Shown piece by piece: positions 21,215-30,738 of a DNA stretch of 64,000 nucleotides (position 1 is the first letter of the stretch; every line of letters begins with the position of its first letter). The translations under genes were made by a program, and so were the position numbers. The stretch spans positions 64,001-128,000 of the IMG/VR virus record IMGVR_UViG_3300013005_003552; one strand, 5' to 3'. Under the pieces are notes generated by a model, which was given only the letters and a program-made list of their open reading frames with translations, was not told the origin of the DNA and made no database searches. The DNA is from a virus.

Positions 21215-21609
21215 CGGCTCGTCTTTATCGAGGCTTGCTTGATATTCTCAAAACCAAAAACGAACATCTAAGCACTGCGTTGGTTGCGCATATTCGCAGT
21301 TTTGATCGCGGCGAAGAATCAGAATTTAGCTACACCGAAATGATGGGCTTCTGGCGCATGCTCATGGAGTTGATTTTTAATGTGTATGTTCAAACAGTAC
21401 ACTTTGTTGGCGTACTACTGGTTGCCACACTGGTGGTCGTTGCATGGCCGCTGCGGTGCTTGATAGAATTGTTCACAGGCAGTTGGTTTGGCAAAAATTA
21501 TCAACATCAGGATGAGCCAGGGCAAGAACCTGTGTTTGACAAATCAGAAGAATCAAAAAATGTTGTGCGCCGAGTGGTGTACGAAGAAGCCAAGGTTGAG
21601 AAAAAATGA
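21211..21609 (+). CDS. Hypothetical membrane protein
   Basis: ATGA overlap at both ends. Hydrophobic segment VHFVGVLLVATLVVVAWPL. Confidence 0.6.
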   Translation: MTARLYRGLLDILKTKNEHLSTALVAHIRSFDRGEESEFSYTEMMGFWRMLMELIFNVYVQTVHFVGVLLVATLVVVAWPLRCLIELFTGSWFGKNYQHQDEPGQEPVFDKSEESKNVVRRVVYEEAKVEKK

Positions 21610-22523
21610 AAGAACTATGGGTTGAAAAATATCGTCCTTGTACCGTAAAAGAGTATGTGTTCATTGACAACAATCAACGAGAACAAGTTGTACAATGGAT
21701 CAAGGAAGGCCACATCCCACATCTCTTACTCAGTGGCGGCCCCGGTACCGGTAAAACCACACTAGCTCGTATGTTAATTCACGAACTTAAAGTGGACGAG
21801 TATGATGTGTTGCAGGTAAATGCAAGCAACGAAACCAAGGTTGAGACCATGAGAGACAAGGTGCTGGGATTTGCCAGCACCATGCCGTTTGGTGAGTTTA
21901 AGATAATTCTATTGGACGAAGCAGATTATCTTAGTCAAAACAGCCAGGCACTGTTGCGCAATGCTATGGAAACATATCATGCCAGTGTGCGATTTATTTT
22001 TACTTGTAACGCACCGCACAAGATAATCCCAGCACTGCACAGTCGTTGCCAAGGTTTCCACATTGCCAAACAGGATCACACAGAGTTTACTGCACGAGTG
22101 GCCACTGTGTTGGTTAGTGAAGGCATAGAATTTGATCTGGATACCTTGGACAGCTATGTCAAAGCAACATATCCAGATCTGCGTAAATGTTTGAATCTTG
22201 TGCAATTAAACAGCAACGACGGACATCTGAACAAGCCTCGCGAGGGCGATAAAGCAGTTGGGGACTGGAAACTGGATGCTGTTGAATTGTTCAAAGCTGG
22301 CAAAATTCGTGAAGCTCGTGTGTTGTTATGTTCACAAGCAGCACCAGAAGAAATGGAAGATATCTTTCGATGGATGTATGACAACATCACTTTATGGGGT
22401 ACCACGCACGAGAAACAAGACGAAGCAATCAAGATCATTCGTACAGGTCTTGTGAATCATGTGAGTTGTGCCGACCCTGAGATCAATCTCAGCGCAACCA
22501 TTATTGAACTGTCACAGATCTAA
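21606..22523 (+). CDS. Clamp loader AAA+ subunit (RFC small / T4 gp44-like)
   Basis: LWVEKYRP, Walker A GGPGTGKT, NAS, Walker B ILLDEAD, and SRC motif. Confidence 0.92.
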   Translation: MKELWVEKYRPCTVKEYVFIDNNQREQVVQWIKEGHIPHLLLSGGPGTGKTTLARMLIHELKVDEYDVLQVNASNETKVETMRDKVLGFASTMPFGEFKIILLDEADYLSQNSQALLRNAMETYHASVRFIFTCNAPHKIIPALHSRCQGFHIAKQDHTEFTARVATVLVSEGIEFDLDTLDSYVKATYPDLRKCLNLVQLNSNDGHLNKPREGDKAVGDWKLDAVELFKAGKIREARVLLCSQAAPEEMEDIFRWMYDNITLWGTTHEKQDEAIKIIRTGLVNHVSCADPEINLSATIIELSQI

Positions 22524-23611
22524 TGCCGGTTTGTTTAGAGCCTCTTGCCCAGCCGGGTCATGCTCCTAGTTTTTTATTAGACTGGGAGCTTACCATGAAG
22601 TGTAATCTAGACTGTTCGTATTGTGGCACTGGATTGTATGGCGGGCATGATAATACCACTGCGCATCCACCCTTACAAGATTGTCTTAACACCATTGATT
22701 TCATGTATGCGTATGCTGATGCATATTTGGCATACAAGACACGAGGTTTACAAAAAGTAGTTTTGAATGTGTATGGCGGCGAAGCTCTCCATCATCCCCA
22801 CATAGTAAGCATCCTTGAGGCTGCAAAACAAAAGCATCAAGATTACGCATGGCCAATTACCATTACCACTACCACCAATGCTATTATTAGCGAAAAAAAG
22901 TTACAGTCGTTGCTGCCGTTGATTGATCAGTTTACTGTGAGCTATCATCCAGAGTCAACTGATAAACACAAACAACAATTTAGAAACAATCTACTTGTTA
23001 TAAAAAACAGCGGTCGAGCAATAAAGTGTGTGGTACTAATGCATCCTCAATATTTCGAAGACGCTCAACAGCAGGTACAGTGGTGTCAAGAACATGAAAT
23101 TGCCTGTCAACCCAAGGCCATTGACCATCCCAAAGAATGGCCACAGTTTAACTATGACCCCAAACAGGTTATTTGGCTTAATCAACTGTACAACACAGAT
23201 ATCTCTCCGGCTGCTAGCACAGATGTAAGTGAGCAAGGCAGGGCCTGTTGCGGAAGCAGGCAATTGTTTCATGACGAAAACTATAAACAATCTGTGTCGT
23301 TTGTTTACAATAAATTTCCAGACTGGTATTGTTCAGTCAATTGGTTCTTTGTATATGTTAAACAAGTCAACGGAGAAGTGTTTGTCAACAAAGATTGTAT
23401 GATGAACTTTGACGGCTCCGTGGGACCAATTGGAAATCTAAGCGAGTCTACACAGTTACTGGATAAATTAAAAACACAGTTACAAAACAATTCGCTACCT
23501 GTTATTCAGTGCAAGAAGCATAGTTGCTGGTGTGGATTGTGTGCGCCCAAAGCACAGACCATGGAAAAATACACAAGCATCATGCAAAAATATCAGAGGA
23601 GAATATCATGA
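22523..23611 (+). CDS. Radical SAM protein with Cys-rich C-terminal extension
   Basis: CNLDCSYC (CxxxCxxC), YGGEAL, TTN. Extra Cys in ACCG, YC, KDC and CKKHSCWCGLC. Confidence 0.85.
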   Translation: MPVCLEPLAQPGHAPSFLLDWELTMKCNLDCSYCGTGLYGGHDNTTAHPPLQDCLNTIDFMYAYADAYLAYKTRGLQKVVLNVYGGEALHHPHIVSILEAAKQKHQDYAWPITITTTTNAIISEKKLQSLLPLIDQFTVSYHPESTDKHKQQFRNNLLVIKNSGRAIKCVVLMHPQYFEDAQQQVQWCQEHEIACQPKAIDHPKEWPQFNYDPKQVIWLNQLYNTDISPAASTDVSEQGRACCGSRQLFHDENYKQSVSFVYNKFPDWYCSVNWFFVYVKQVNGEVFVNKDCMMNFDGSVGPIGNLSESTQLLDKLKTQLQNNSLPVIQCKKHSCWCGLCAPKAQTMEKYTSIMQKYQRRIS

Positions 23612-24012
23612 AAGAAAAAAGCATTTATCTGGTTGCAACCTATATCATGAAACCCAAGGATCATGTTAATACCAGCAAAAAAGGATGGAAGGATGATCCT
23701 GCAAACATCAGGTATGATGAAAAGATTGAGATAACTCGCGGAGTTAAAAAAAGAGACATGGATTCAGCCAATGTAATTTTAGATCTAAGCAACTTGCGTA
23801 TTGATCGTAATACTTTCAAAACTGAACGAACCTTTGATGAAATTTTTAGATACTATTTTAACAATTACAACAAATATTTGATTCCAGTAATGGGACAACT
23901 GCATCCAGACTATCTTGATCAAATGGCCAAAGAAATTGAACAAGAATTATCTGCCATACCCACAGATGATAATATCACGGAAGCAAAATATGAAGAACTG
24001 GAAACTAAGTGA
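23608..24012 (+). CDS. Hypothetical protein
   Basis: GAGGAG RBS and ATGA overlap at 23608. Confidence 0.65.
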   Translation: MKEKSIYLVATYIMKPKDHVNTSKKGWKDDPANIRYDEKIEITRGVKKRDMDSANVILDLSNLRIDRNTFKTERTFDEIFRYYFNNYNKYLIPVMGQLHPDYLDQMAKEIEQELSAIPTDDNITEAKYEELETK

Positions 24013-24310
24013 AACTGGCGCCCGCGGCTGGTTCATAGGAGATTTCCCTGAGGCTGTATGGCGTACTAAAGATTTTGAAGTGAACTGGCAGACCAACGAA
24101 CCTGGTCATGCCACCAGCCACTATCACAAGGTGGTACATGAAATACAATTGGTCACGCGAGGACGCATATTGGTCAATGGTCAGATATATGAGGCCGGGG
24201 ACATATTCATGTTTGAACCTGGTGATCTTTGCCAGGTAGAATTTCTAGAACAAACAGACACTGTGGCTGTGAAAGTTCCCAGTGTGCCCAACGACAAATA
24301 TTATCTATAA
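23990..24310 (+). CDS. RmlC-like cupin protein
   Basis: RGWFIGDF...HYHKVVHEIQLVTRG...GDIFMFEPG cupin motifs. Confidence 0.75.
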   Translation: MKNWKLSETGARGWFIGDFPEAVWRTKDFEVNWQTNEPGHATSHYHKVVHEIQLVTRGRILVNGQIYEAGDIFMFEPGDLCQVEFLEQTDTVAVKVPSVPNDKYYL

Positions 24311-24312
24311 AC

Positions 24313-25014
24313 ATGCACAGCTCTGCTCTCACCAATGCCAAAAAGTTCTTTGACACCTATTCAACTGCCATGCCCGATGGCGCCATTGTGGTAGATGTAG
24401 GCAGCATGGATATCAATGGCAGCATCAAAGATGTGTGTCCAACTCGATTCAATTATGTGGGCATAGATTTCGAGTCAGGTAAAAATGTAGATCTGGTCAT
24501 GTTGGATCCCTATGTTGTGCCTGTGCATGACGAAAAAGTCGACATCGTCACAGCCAGCAGTGTGTTTGAGCACAGCGAAATGTTCTGGGTGCTGTTCTTG
24601 GACATCATGCGCATACTCAAACCCAATGGATTGTTTTATCTCAATGTGCCCAGCAATGGTGCTTTTCACCGCCATCCAGTGGATTGCTGGCGTTTTTATC
24701 CGGACGCAGCCGAAGCATTGGTCACTTGGGCAGCTCGCAATGGACTCAATGTGGCTTTTTTAGAAAGCTGGTTCAGCAAAAAAGGTGACGATGACAGCGC
24801 ATGGAATGATTTTGTGGCAGTGTTTGTCAAGAACAAAGATTCGGCGTCAGAATATCCCAGTCGCATGGCCTACGATTTAGTGGACGGAAAATATCGTTGG
24901 AAGGTAAAAGCCGGCGAAATTTACAACGGCAGATTTTTTGGACAAGGAAGAGAATCTATTTTGGATTTGCAAGACTTCCCTGAAGGCGGACAGCCGCCAC
25001 GCACAAGAGCATAA
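24313..25014 (+). CDS. Class I SAM-dependent methyltransferase (type 11)
   Basis: VVDVGS, YVGID, DIVTASSVFEH, RILKPNG, HRHPVDCWRF. Confidence 0.85.
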   Translation: MHSSALTNAKKFFDTYSTAMPDGAIVVDVGSMDINGSIKDVCPTRFNYVGIDFESGKNVDLVMLDPYVVPVHDEKVDIVTASSVFEHSEMFWVLFLDIMRILKPNGLFYLNVPSNGAFHRHPVDCWRFYPDAAEALVTWAARNGLNVAFLESWFSKKGDDDSAWNDFVAVFVKNKDSASEYPSRMAYDLVDGKYRWKVKAGEIYNGRFFGQGRESILDLQDFPEGGQPPRTRA

Positions 25015-25021
25015 ATACTGT

Positions 25022-25261
25022 ATGAATCCAAAGTTTCTTAAAGCCATGAAGGCAAAGAAAAAGCGGGTGATGGATCCTAATATTCCACGCCCTAATTTGT
25101 TTTCGCATGACAAAGAAATTCGTGGAATTAAAACAACCAACGAAACAGTAGCACAACAAATCACGCATTTGCAGGATCAGGTGCGTAAGTTAGAACGCAA
25201 AGTGCAGGCACAAGCAGACTATATTGGTGCCCTGAATCAGCGGGTAGTGCTAAAAAAGTAA
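25022..25261 (+). CDS. Hypothetical basic coiled-coil protein
   Basis: ATG begins after a 4-nt spacer following ATAAATA (25011-17). No SD. Confidence 0.6.
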   Translation: MNPKFLKAMKAKKKRVMDPNIPRPNLFSHDKEIRGIKTTNETVAQQITHLQDQVRKLERKVQAQADYIGALNQRVVLKK

Positions 25262-25347
25262 CACTTTTTAGCTGATTTTGCTATTTTTGCAACAAAAAAC
25301 CCTGTAAAATCAAGCACTTACAGCATCTGAAATTGCTGCAAAAACGG

Positions 25348-25376
25348 TTGACCGTATTGGTCCATTTTGCTATACT
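25348..25376 (+). promoter_or_regulatory. Strong sigma70-type early promoter
   Basis: TTGACC (25348-53), 17 nt, TATACT (25371-76) with TG extended -10 and an A-tract upstream. Confidence 0.8.
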
Positions 25377-25406
25377 AGTGGCATAGTGATTAATAAGGAG
25401 CCCAAA

Positions 25407-25676
25407 ATGTCCACAGCAACATACGATGCACTCACCGAGCAACAAAAGCGCGAAGTGCGCATGTACGGATGCACTGAAGCGCAAATGCGCGAAGCAGTAG
25501 AGTCCAGCATTACATTCAAGCTCAGCGGTCCTGCTATGATAGCCGCCAGCATGATGTCGGATGCACAAGAGATGATGGCATACGAACAGCCCGATTTCAA
25601 CACCATTGAAGATCAGCGTCAACTGCTGAACCGTGCCAAATTTGTGTTGTTTACTTATGTTATGGAGAACAAATAA
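25407..25676 (+). CDS. Hypothetical early protein
   Basis: TAAGGAG RBS before ATG 25407. Confidence 0.7.
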   Translation: MSTATYDALTEQQKREVRMYGCTEAQMREAVESSITFKLSGPAMIAASMMSDAQEMMAYEQPDFNTIEDQRQLLNRAKFVLFTYVMENK

Positions 25677-25939
25677 TGTACACCGTTGAAATCTACAAAG
25701 CAGACAAGCGCAAGAAGTCAGGCGAGCGTCAGGTGCTCAAGCAGGACTACGACACCAACAACCTCAGCATGCTGGAGCACACTGTCAAACACACCTGGCT
25801 CAAGCGTGATGGCTATCGTTACGAAATCCACAAAACCTTTGTGACCAAGACTAACTTAATGAGTGGGCAGGAGTTCCAAGAGCGTTATGACCGTCCCTAC
25901 TACTGCTCACCTTCGAGCGAAACTTATTGGAGCATGTAA
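25676..25939 (+). CDS. Hypothetical early protein
   Basis: GGAG RBS and TAATG coupling. Ends PYYCSPSSETYWSM. Confidence 0.7.
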   Translation: MYTVEIYKADKRKKSGERQVLKQDYDTNNLSMLEHTVKHTWLKRDGYRYEIHKTFVTKTNLMSGQEFQERYDRPYYCSPSSETYWSM

Positions 25940-25941
25940 TC

Positions 25942-26097
25942 ATGACAAAATTTGCCAAACAGGTTTTGACCCTAGCCGAACAAATAGGTGACCCAACTGG
26001 CTTCAGCGAAGAAACCATAGACTACATTGCCTGTGAGTTACAGGTAAGCTATGATGATGTTGAAGAAGTTTTTGAAGAACTTAGTTTTACTGATTAA
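25942..26097 (+). CDS. Small acidic hypothetical protein (51 aa, not in ORF track)
   Basis: GGAG upstream. MTKFAKQVLTLAEQIGDPTGFSEETIDYIACELQVSYDDVEEVFEELSFTD fills the gap exactly. Confidence 0.6.
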   Translation: MTKFAKQVLTLAEQIGDPTGFSEETIDYIACELQVSYDDVEEVFEELSFTD

Positions 26098-26108
26098 CAT
26101 TGGAGCAC

Positions 26109-26801
26109 ATGAACATGGCCAAGACCTACAAGATTGAATCTCGCGAACTGGTTGCCCTGGCCTTTGCGGCTCAGCGTGTGAACGGCGCCATGTACAAAGA
26201 CACCTCGTTCTTTGACACCGAAAAGGACGCGGTTGTCGAAGTGGTGCCAAACAAGACGCTGATGTTCAACAGTTTTGCCTTTGAGCCTGGTAGCAATCCA
26301 GAACTGGTACCCACAGACGAAGACCGTGCTCAAGCAGATGCTGCCATCACTGCAATCCAGGGAGATGTGCTGATCAAGAAGCTGGCAGACCGTCGTGTGA
26401 GCGATTTCATATTTTCACTCAGCGAAGCCATCAGCCAGCCCACTTGCACCCAACGTGACTGCGGCTTGGTTGCGTTTGTGCCCAAGACCTATGCTGGCAT
26501 GCTAGAGCGCCAGGAAAAAGATGAAGCCAAAATTGGACTGGCCAGTACCAGCGAATACCTGGGCCGTGTGGGCGAAAAGATCCAATTGGACTTTGCCCTG
26601 ATTGACAGCAGATACCTTCAGCAGTATAATTGTTACAGTGTAACTGGGCATGACGGCTGCGGCAACATGGTCAGCTTCTTGACCGCGCATCAAAATTTGG
26701 CAGTCAGCGGGCGCATACAGGGCAAGGTCAAGCGCACCGAAGTCAGCCAGTATCACAATGGTGCTAAGACCACCCAACTGAATTTTGTAAAAAGGGTTTA
26801 A
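26109..26801 (+). CDS. Hypothetical protein, possible C-terminal OB-fold
   Basis: GGAG RBS. C-terminal SEYLGRVGEKI...GKVKR...YHNGAKTTQLNFVK resembles phage OB-fold tails. Confidence 0.65.
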   Translation: MNMAKTYKIESRELVALAFAAQRVNGAMYKDTSFFDTEKDAVVEVVPNKTLMFNSFAFEPGSNPELVPTDEDRAQADAAITAIQGDVLIKKLADRRVSDFIFSLSEAISQPTCTQRDCGLVAFVPKTYAGMLERQEKDEAKIGLASTSEYLGRVGEKIQLDFALIDSRYLQQYNCYSVTGHDGCGNMVSFLTAHQNLAVSGRIQGKVKRTEVSQYHNGAKTTQLNFVKRV

Positions 26802-26806
26802 TAGTA

Positions 26807-27199
26807 ATGGAATTTGAAAAAAAAGTACATTGGCAAACTCACACTGGTGATGTAAACGGTCTGTGGAGCAATGCGGCCAAGGCTGTTACCATCCTTGAGG
26901 TATCGTTACGCAATGTCAATGACGAGGGTGATTTTGGCGAACTGTGTGCAAGATTTGACACCAAAACCTGGAACTGCAATCAGGACGGTTTAATCTACAC
27001 AGATGGTATCTGGATCAACGAGTTCCGTGCGCTCATGCGCTCGTTGGGTTTTACTCGCAACGCTGTGAACGACATCAACTACAGTGAGCAGGGCATGCAA
27101 GGCTACAACTTTGTGAGCATGGATGTGGGCCCAGAATTCCTGCGCGAAGTAGAACCCATGTATCGTTTTACCATCAACAAAGAGGCTATCAATGCTTGA
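26807..27199 (+). CDS. Hypothetical protein
   Basis: Contiguous ORF in the early island with GLIYTD...YSEQGMQG motifs. Confidence 0.65.
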   Translation: MEFEKKVHWQTHTGDVNGLWSNAAKAVTILEVSLRNVNDEGDFGELCARFDTKTWNCNQDGLIYTDGIWINEFRALMRSLGFTRNAVNDINYSEQGMQGYNFVSMDVGPEFLREVEPMYRFTINKEAINA

Positions 27200-27479
27200 T
27201 TTTAGTGGTTATCATGTTCCCAATCATACACAAACTGCGCTGACAGACTATATTGAGCGTGGTATTCCTGTGGGCGGATTCTTGCATGCTGTACTCAGCA
27301 ACGATCTTTTTGGTGCTGTGGGTCGTGCTGACGCACAAAATTTGCCCGCACTCAAGGACATCACCGGCTGGATTTTTATGCAGGCTCCACAGGGCAGTTG
27401 GGGTAGTGAAGCCCTGGTACTTCGTTGGATACAAGAACATCCTTCAACGAAGTCAAGAGGTCCAAAAGATATTGCTTAA
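27192..27479 (+). CDS. Hypothetical protein
   Basis: GAGG RBS. YIERGIPVGGFLHAVLSNDLFGAVGRAD...APQGSWGS. Confidence 0.65.
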   Translation: MLDFSGYHVPNHTQTALTDYIERGIPVGGFLHAVLSNDLFGAVGRADAQNLPALKDITGWIFMQAPQGSWGSEALVLRWIQEHPSTKSRGPKDIA

Positions 27480-27503
27480 TTTGCGGTTATCTGTTAAACT
27501 TGG

Positions 27504-27546
27504 TATAAATATTTGCATGTGGGTGCCCTCGGGGCCCACATGCAAA
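27504..27546 (+). promoter_or_regulatory. Late promoter TATAAATA followed by a 12-bp stem-loop in the dnaK leader
   Basis: TATAAATA 27504-11. TTTGCATGTGGG (27512-23) pairs with CCCACATGCAAA (27535-46). Confidence 0.65.
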
Positions 27547-27570
27547 ACCATTTGTTTAAGGAGATAAAAA

Positions 27571-29496
27571 ATGGCCAAAATCATAGGTATCGACCTAGGT
27601 ACCACCAACTCTTGCGTCGCCGTAATGGAAGGCGACAAACCCAAAGTAATTGAAAACTCAGAAGGCGCCCGTACTACACCTAGTATCGTGGCCTATGCCA
27701 ACGATGAAATACTGGTGGGTGCCAGTGCCAAGCGCCAGGCAGTGACCAATTCAAAGAACACCATCTACGCTGCCAAGCGCCTGATTGGTCGTAAATTCAA
27801 AGAAGAAGCTGTGCAAAAAGACATCAACATGATGCCTTTCAAAATTGTTGAAGCCAAGAATGGCGATGCATGGATCAATGCAAACAACGAAGACCTAGCA
27901 CCACCGCAAATCTCTGCTGAAGTCCTGCGCAAGATGAAGCAAACAGCAGAAGCCTATCTTGGCCACGAAGTCACAGAAGCTGTGATCACGGTGCCTGCTT
28001 ACTTCAATGACAGCCAGCGTCAAGCAACCAAGGATGCAGGTAAGATTGCAGGTCTAGATGTCAAGCGCATTATCAATGAGCCCACTGCGGCTGCACTGGC
28101 CTATGGTATGGACAAGGCCACAAAGAAAGACGCCAAGGTTGCTGTGTACGACCTAGGCGGTGGTACCTTTGATATTTCAATCATTGAAATTGCCAACATT
28201 GATGGTGACAAACAGTTTGAAGTGCTTGCCACCAATGGTGATACATTCCTAGGCGGTGAAGACTTTGATCAACGCATTATGGACTTCCTGGTCGACGAAT
28301 TCAAGCGTGAGTCAGGTACAGACCTTGCCAAGGATACTTTGGCACTACAACGACTCAAGGATGCAGCCGAGAAGGCAAAAATTGAACTTTCGTCAAGTGC
28401 GCAAACTGAGATTAATTTGCCATATATCACTGCTGACGCCAGTGGGCCAAAACACATGGCTATTAAACTAAGTCGTAGCAAACTTGAAAGTCTTGTGACA
28501 GATCTGGTTGAGCGCAGTATAGAGCCGTGTCGTACTGCTCTCAAGGATGCAGGGCTGGTTGCTGCCGACATCGACGACATCATACTTGTGGGTGGACAAA
28601 CTCGCATGCCCATGGTGCAAGGCTATGTGGAAAGTTTCTTTGGCAAGGCTCCACGAAAGGATGTTAATCCAGACGAGGCAGTTGCCGCAGGTGCTGCCAT
28701 TCAAGGTGCTGTGTTAGCAGGAGACAAGAAGGATGTGTTGCTACTAGATGTTACACCATTGTCATTGGGTATTGAAACACAAGGTGGCATCATGGCCAAG
28801 GTAGTTACCAAGAATACAACTATTCCAACCAAACAGACACAGGTGTTTTCAACTGCGGACGACAACCAACCAGCAGTAACCATCAAAGTATACCAGGGTG
28901 AACGCGAAATGGCACAGCATAACAAACTGCTGGGCGAGTTTAACCTAGAAGGTATTCCAGCGGCACCACGCGGTACACCACAAATTGAAGTGGCGTTTGA
29001 TATTGATGCCAATGGTATTCTCAAGGTTAGTGCCAAGGACAAAAACACAGGCAAGCAAAACAACATCACAATCAAGGCCAACTCAGGTTTGAGTGAAGAA
29101 GAAATACAGAAAATGGTTGCGGATGCCGAAGCAAATGCAGAAACAGATGCCAAAGCCAAAGAACTTGCAGAAACCAAGAATGCTGCCGAACATCAGATCT
29201 GGGGTGTGGAAAAGAATCTCAAAGAGCACGGCGATAAACTGCAAGATGAACAACGCGAAGCAATCAAAACTGGCTTGCATGATCTCAAAGAGCTGTTGAA
29301 AACAGAAACTGATCCAGATAAAATTACCGAGGCGTTACAAGCATTTGTGCCAAAGAGTATGCCTTTGTTTGATCTAGTAGGTCAAGCTGAAGCAGAAAAA
29401 CAAACAGCTGACGCCGAAGAAGTCAAAGCCAAGAAAACTGGCAATGATGAAACAGTGGTAGATGCTCAGTTCACCGAAGTCAAAGACAACAAGTAA
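27571..29496 (+). CDS. dnaK: Chaperone DnaK (Hsp70)
   Basis: [39 protein letters not shown] and DVTPLSLG. Full length, with AAGGAG RBS. Confidence 0.98.
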   Translation: MAKIIGIDLGTTNSCVAVMEGDKPKVIENSEGARTTPSIVAYANDEILVGASAKRQAVTNSKNTIYAAKRLIGRKFKEEAVQKDINMMPFKIVEAKNGDAWINANNEDLAPPQISAEVLRKMKQTAEAYLGHEVTEAVITVPAYFNDSQRQATKDAGKIAGLDVKRIINEPTAAALAYGMDKATKKDAKVAVYDLGGGTFDISIIEIANIDGDKQFEVLATNGDTFLGGEDFDQRIMDFLVDEFKRESGTDLAKDTLALQRLKDAAEKAKIELSSSAQTEINLPYITADASGPKHMAIKLSRSKLESLVTDLVERSIEPCRTALKDAGLVAADIDDIILVGGQTRMPMVQGYVESFFGKAPRKDVNPDEAVAAGAAIQGAVLAGDKKDVLLLDVTPLSLGIETQGGIMAKVVTKNTTIPTKQTQVFSTADDNQPAVTIKVYQGEREMAQHNKLLGEFNLEGIPAAPRGTPQIEVAFDIDANGILKVSAKDKNTGKQNNITIKANSGLSEEEIQKMVADAEANAETDAKAKELAETKNAAEHQIWGVEKNLKEHGDKLQDEQREAIKTGLHDLKELLKTETDPDKITEALQAFVPKSMPLFDLVGQAEAEKQTADAEEVKAKKTGNDETVVDAQFTEVKDNK

Positions 29497-29502
29497 ACTC
29501 AC

Positions 29503-29527
29503 TAAGGGGCTTCGGCCCCTTACTTTT
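29503..29527 (+). terminator. Rho-independent terminator with UUCG tetraloop
   Basis: TAAGGGGC-TTCG-GCCCCTTA followed by CTTTT, just after the dnaK stop. Confidence 0.75.
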
Positions 29528-30010
29528 ATGAAAACACTATATTTAGACATGGACGGCGTGGTAGCCGATTTTGATGAATATGCTGCACGGACTCTTGGGG
29601 TACCACCTAGTGCAGGAATCTATCCTGATCAAGTATGGTACAATCTGGCCACGAATGCTAGACTCTATAGAGATCTTGTCAAGACACCCTATGCCGATGA
29701 ATTAGTCAACAACTGCAAAGCCATATGTGCCGTTCAGGGCTGGGAACTGATGTTTTTAACTGCGGTACCTAAAGGCAACGATGTTCCGTGGGCATTCTAC
29801 GATAAGGTTGTCTGGGCGCAGAATTACTTCCCGGATATTCCAGTTATGTTTGGTCCTTTTAGCAAGGACAAATGGACACACTGTAAGCCTGGCGATATAC
29901 TGATTGATGATCGCAAGAGCAATATTGCTGAATGGCGAGCAGCAGGCGGTAACGCAATACATCATGTGGATTACGAAACCACCTTGGCTGCGCTGAATCA
30001 ATTTAGTTAA
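29528..30010 (+). CDS. HAD-family 5'(3')-deoxyribonucleotidase-like protein
   Basis: LYLDMDGVVADF, FLTA, K, and ILIDDRKSN motifs. Confidence 0.85.
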   Translation: MKTLYLDMDGVVADFDEYAARTLGVPPSAGIYPDQVWYNLATNARLYRDLVKTPYADELVNNCKAICAVQGWELMFLTAVPKGNDVPWAFYDKVVWAQNYFPDIPVMFGPFSKDKWTHCKPGDILIDDRKSNIAEWRAAGGNAIHHVDYETTLAALNQFS

Positions 30011-30738
30011 ATTTCTTTGTAAATTTTCAACACCTCCAAGACTGCAGGATGTCTATGAATGTCCCTGCCCGACAATTCAACACCAGCGACATACTGGCTT
30101 TGTTTGTACTGTTCAACCAAACGCCTAAAATCCAGTAGTCCGTTGTCTGGATCAGCGCGGTCGGCCTGACGAGTGTCGCCAGTAACCACAATTTTAGAAC
30201 CTTCACCTAAACGAGTAAGCAGCATCTTCATTTGCCCTGGTGTGGCGTTTTGCATTTCATCTGCGATGATCCATGCGTTCTTAAATGTTCGCCCTCGCAT
30301 GTATGCCAGTGGAGAAATCTCTATCAATTGGTCTTCTAGCATACGGGTGATTTCTTGTGGTTTATAGTACTCCTTTAGAATATCAAAAATAGGTCGAGTC
30401 CAAGGCTCCATCTTGGCATTTATATCGCCGGGTAAAAAACCATGTTTTTCGTCATCTACACCCACAGCTGGACGAGTGATTATCAACTTGTTTACCTGCC
30501 CTGAACGCAAAGCTCTAACCGCTGCTACAACTGCCAACATGGTTTTACCTGTGCCGGCAGGGCCTGTGGCAAACACGATTTTACGCTCATCGTCTTTGAG
30601 TAGATCAATGTAGATTTCTTGATTACGACTTTTTGGAATTAATACCGGATCTTTTCTTTGATAACTGTATTCTTTGAAACTTATTGTGTTATCTGCATGG
30701 ACTGGCTGAAGGGCTAGTCTATTTTTCCTTTTACTCAA
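30007..30738 (-). CDS. phoH: PhoH-like ATPase
   Basis: GPAGTGKT, ITRPAV, GFLPG, AYMRGRTF, DEMQN, LTRLG, GDTRQAD. Likely TTG start at 30738 after GGAGA; alternative ATG at 30777. Confidence 0.93.
   Translation of the reverse strand: MSKRKNRLALQPVHADNTISFKEYSYQRKDPVLIPKSRNQEIYIDLLKDDERKIVFATGPAGTGKTMLAVVAAVRALRSGQVNKLIITRPAVGVDDEKHGFLPGDINAKMEPWTRPIFDILKEYYKPQEITRMLEDQLIEISPLAYMRGRTFKNAWIIADEMQNATPGQMKMLLTRLGEGSKIVVTGDTRQADRADPDNGLLDFRRLVEQYKQSQYVAGVELSGRDIHRHPAVLEVLKIYKEI

Noticed and set aside
22523-23611. Radical SAM protein as the missing QueE
   Set aside because: It is longer than typical QueE, lacks the FxRxxGCxxxCxxCDT context, has an extra Cys-rich domain and lies about 30 kb from the cluster. 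Not excluded, but unsupported.
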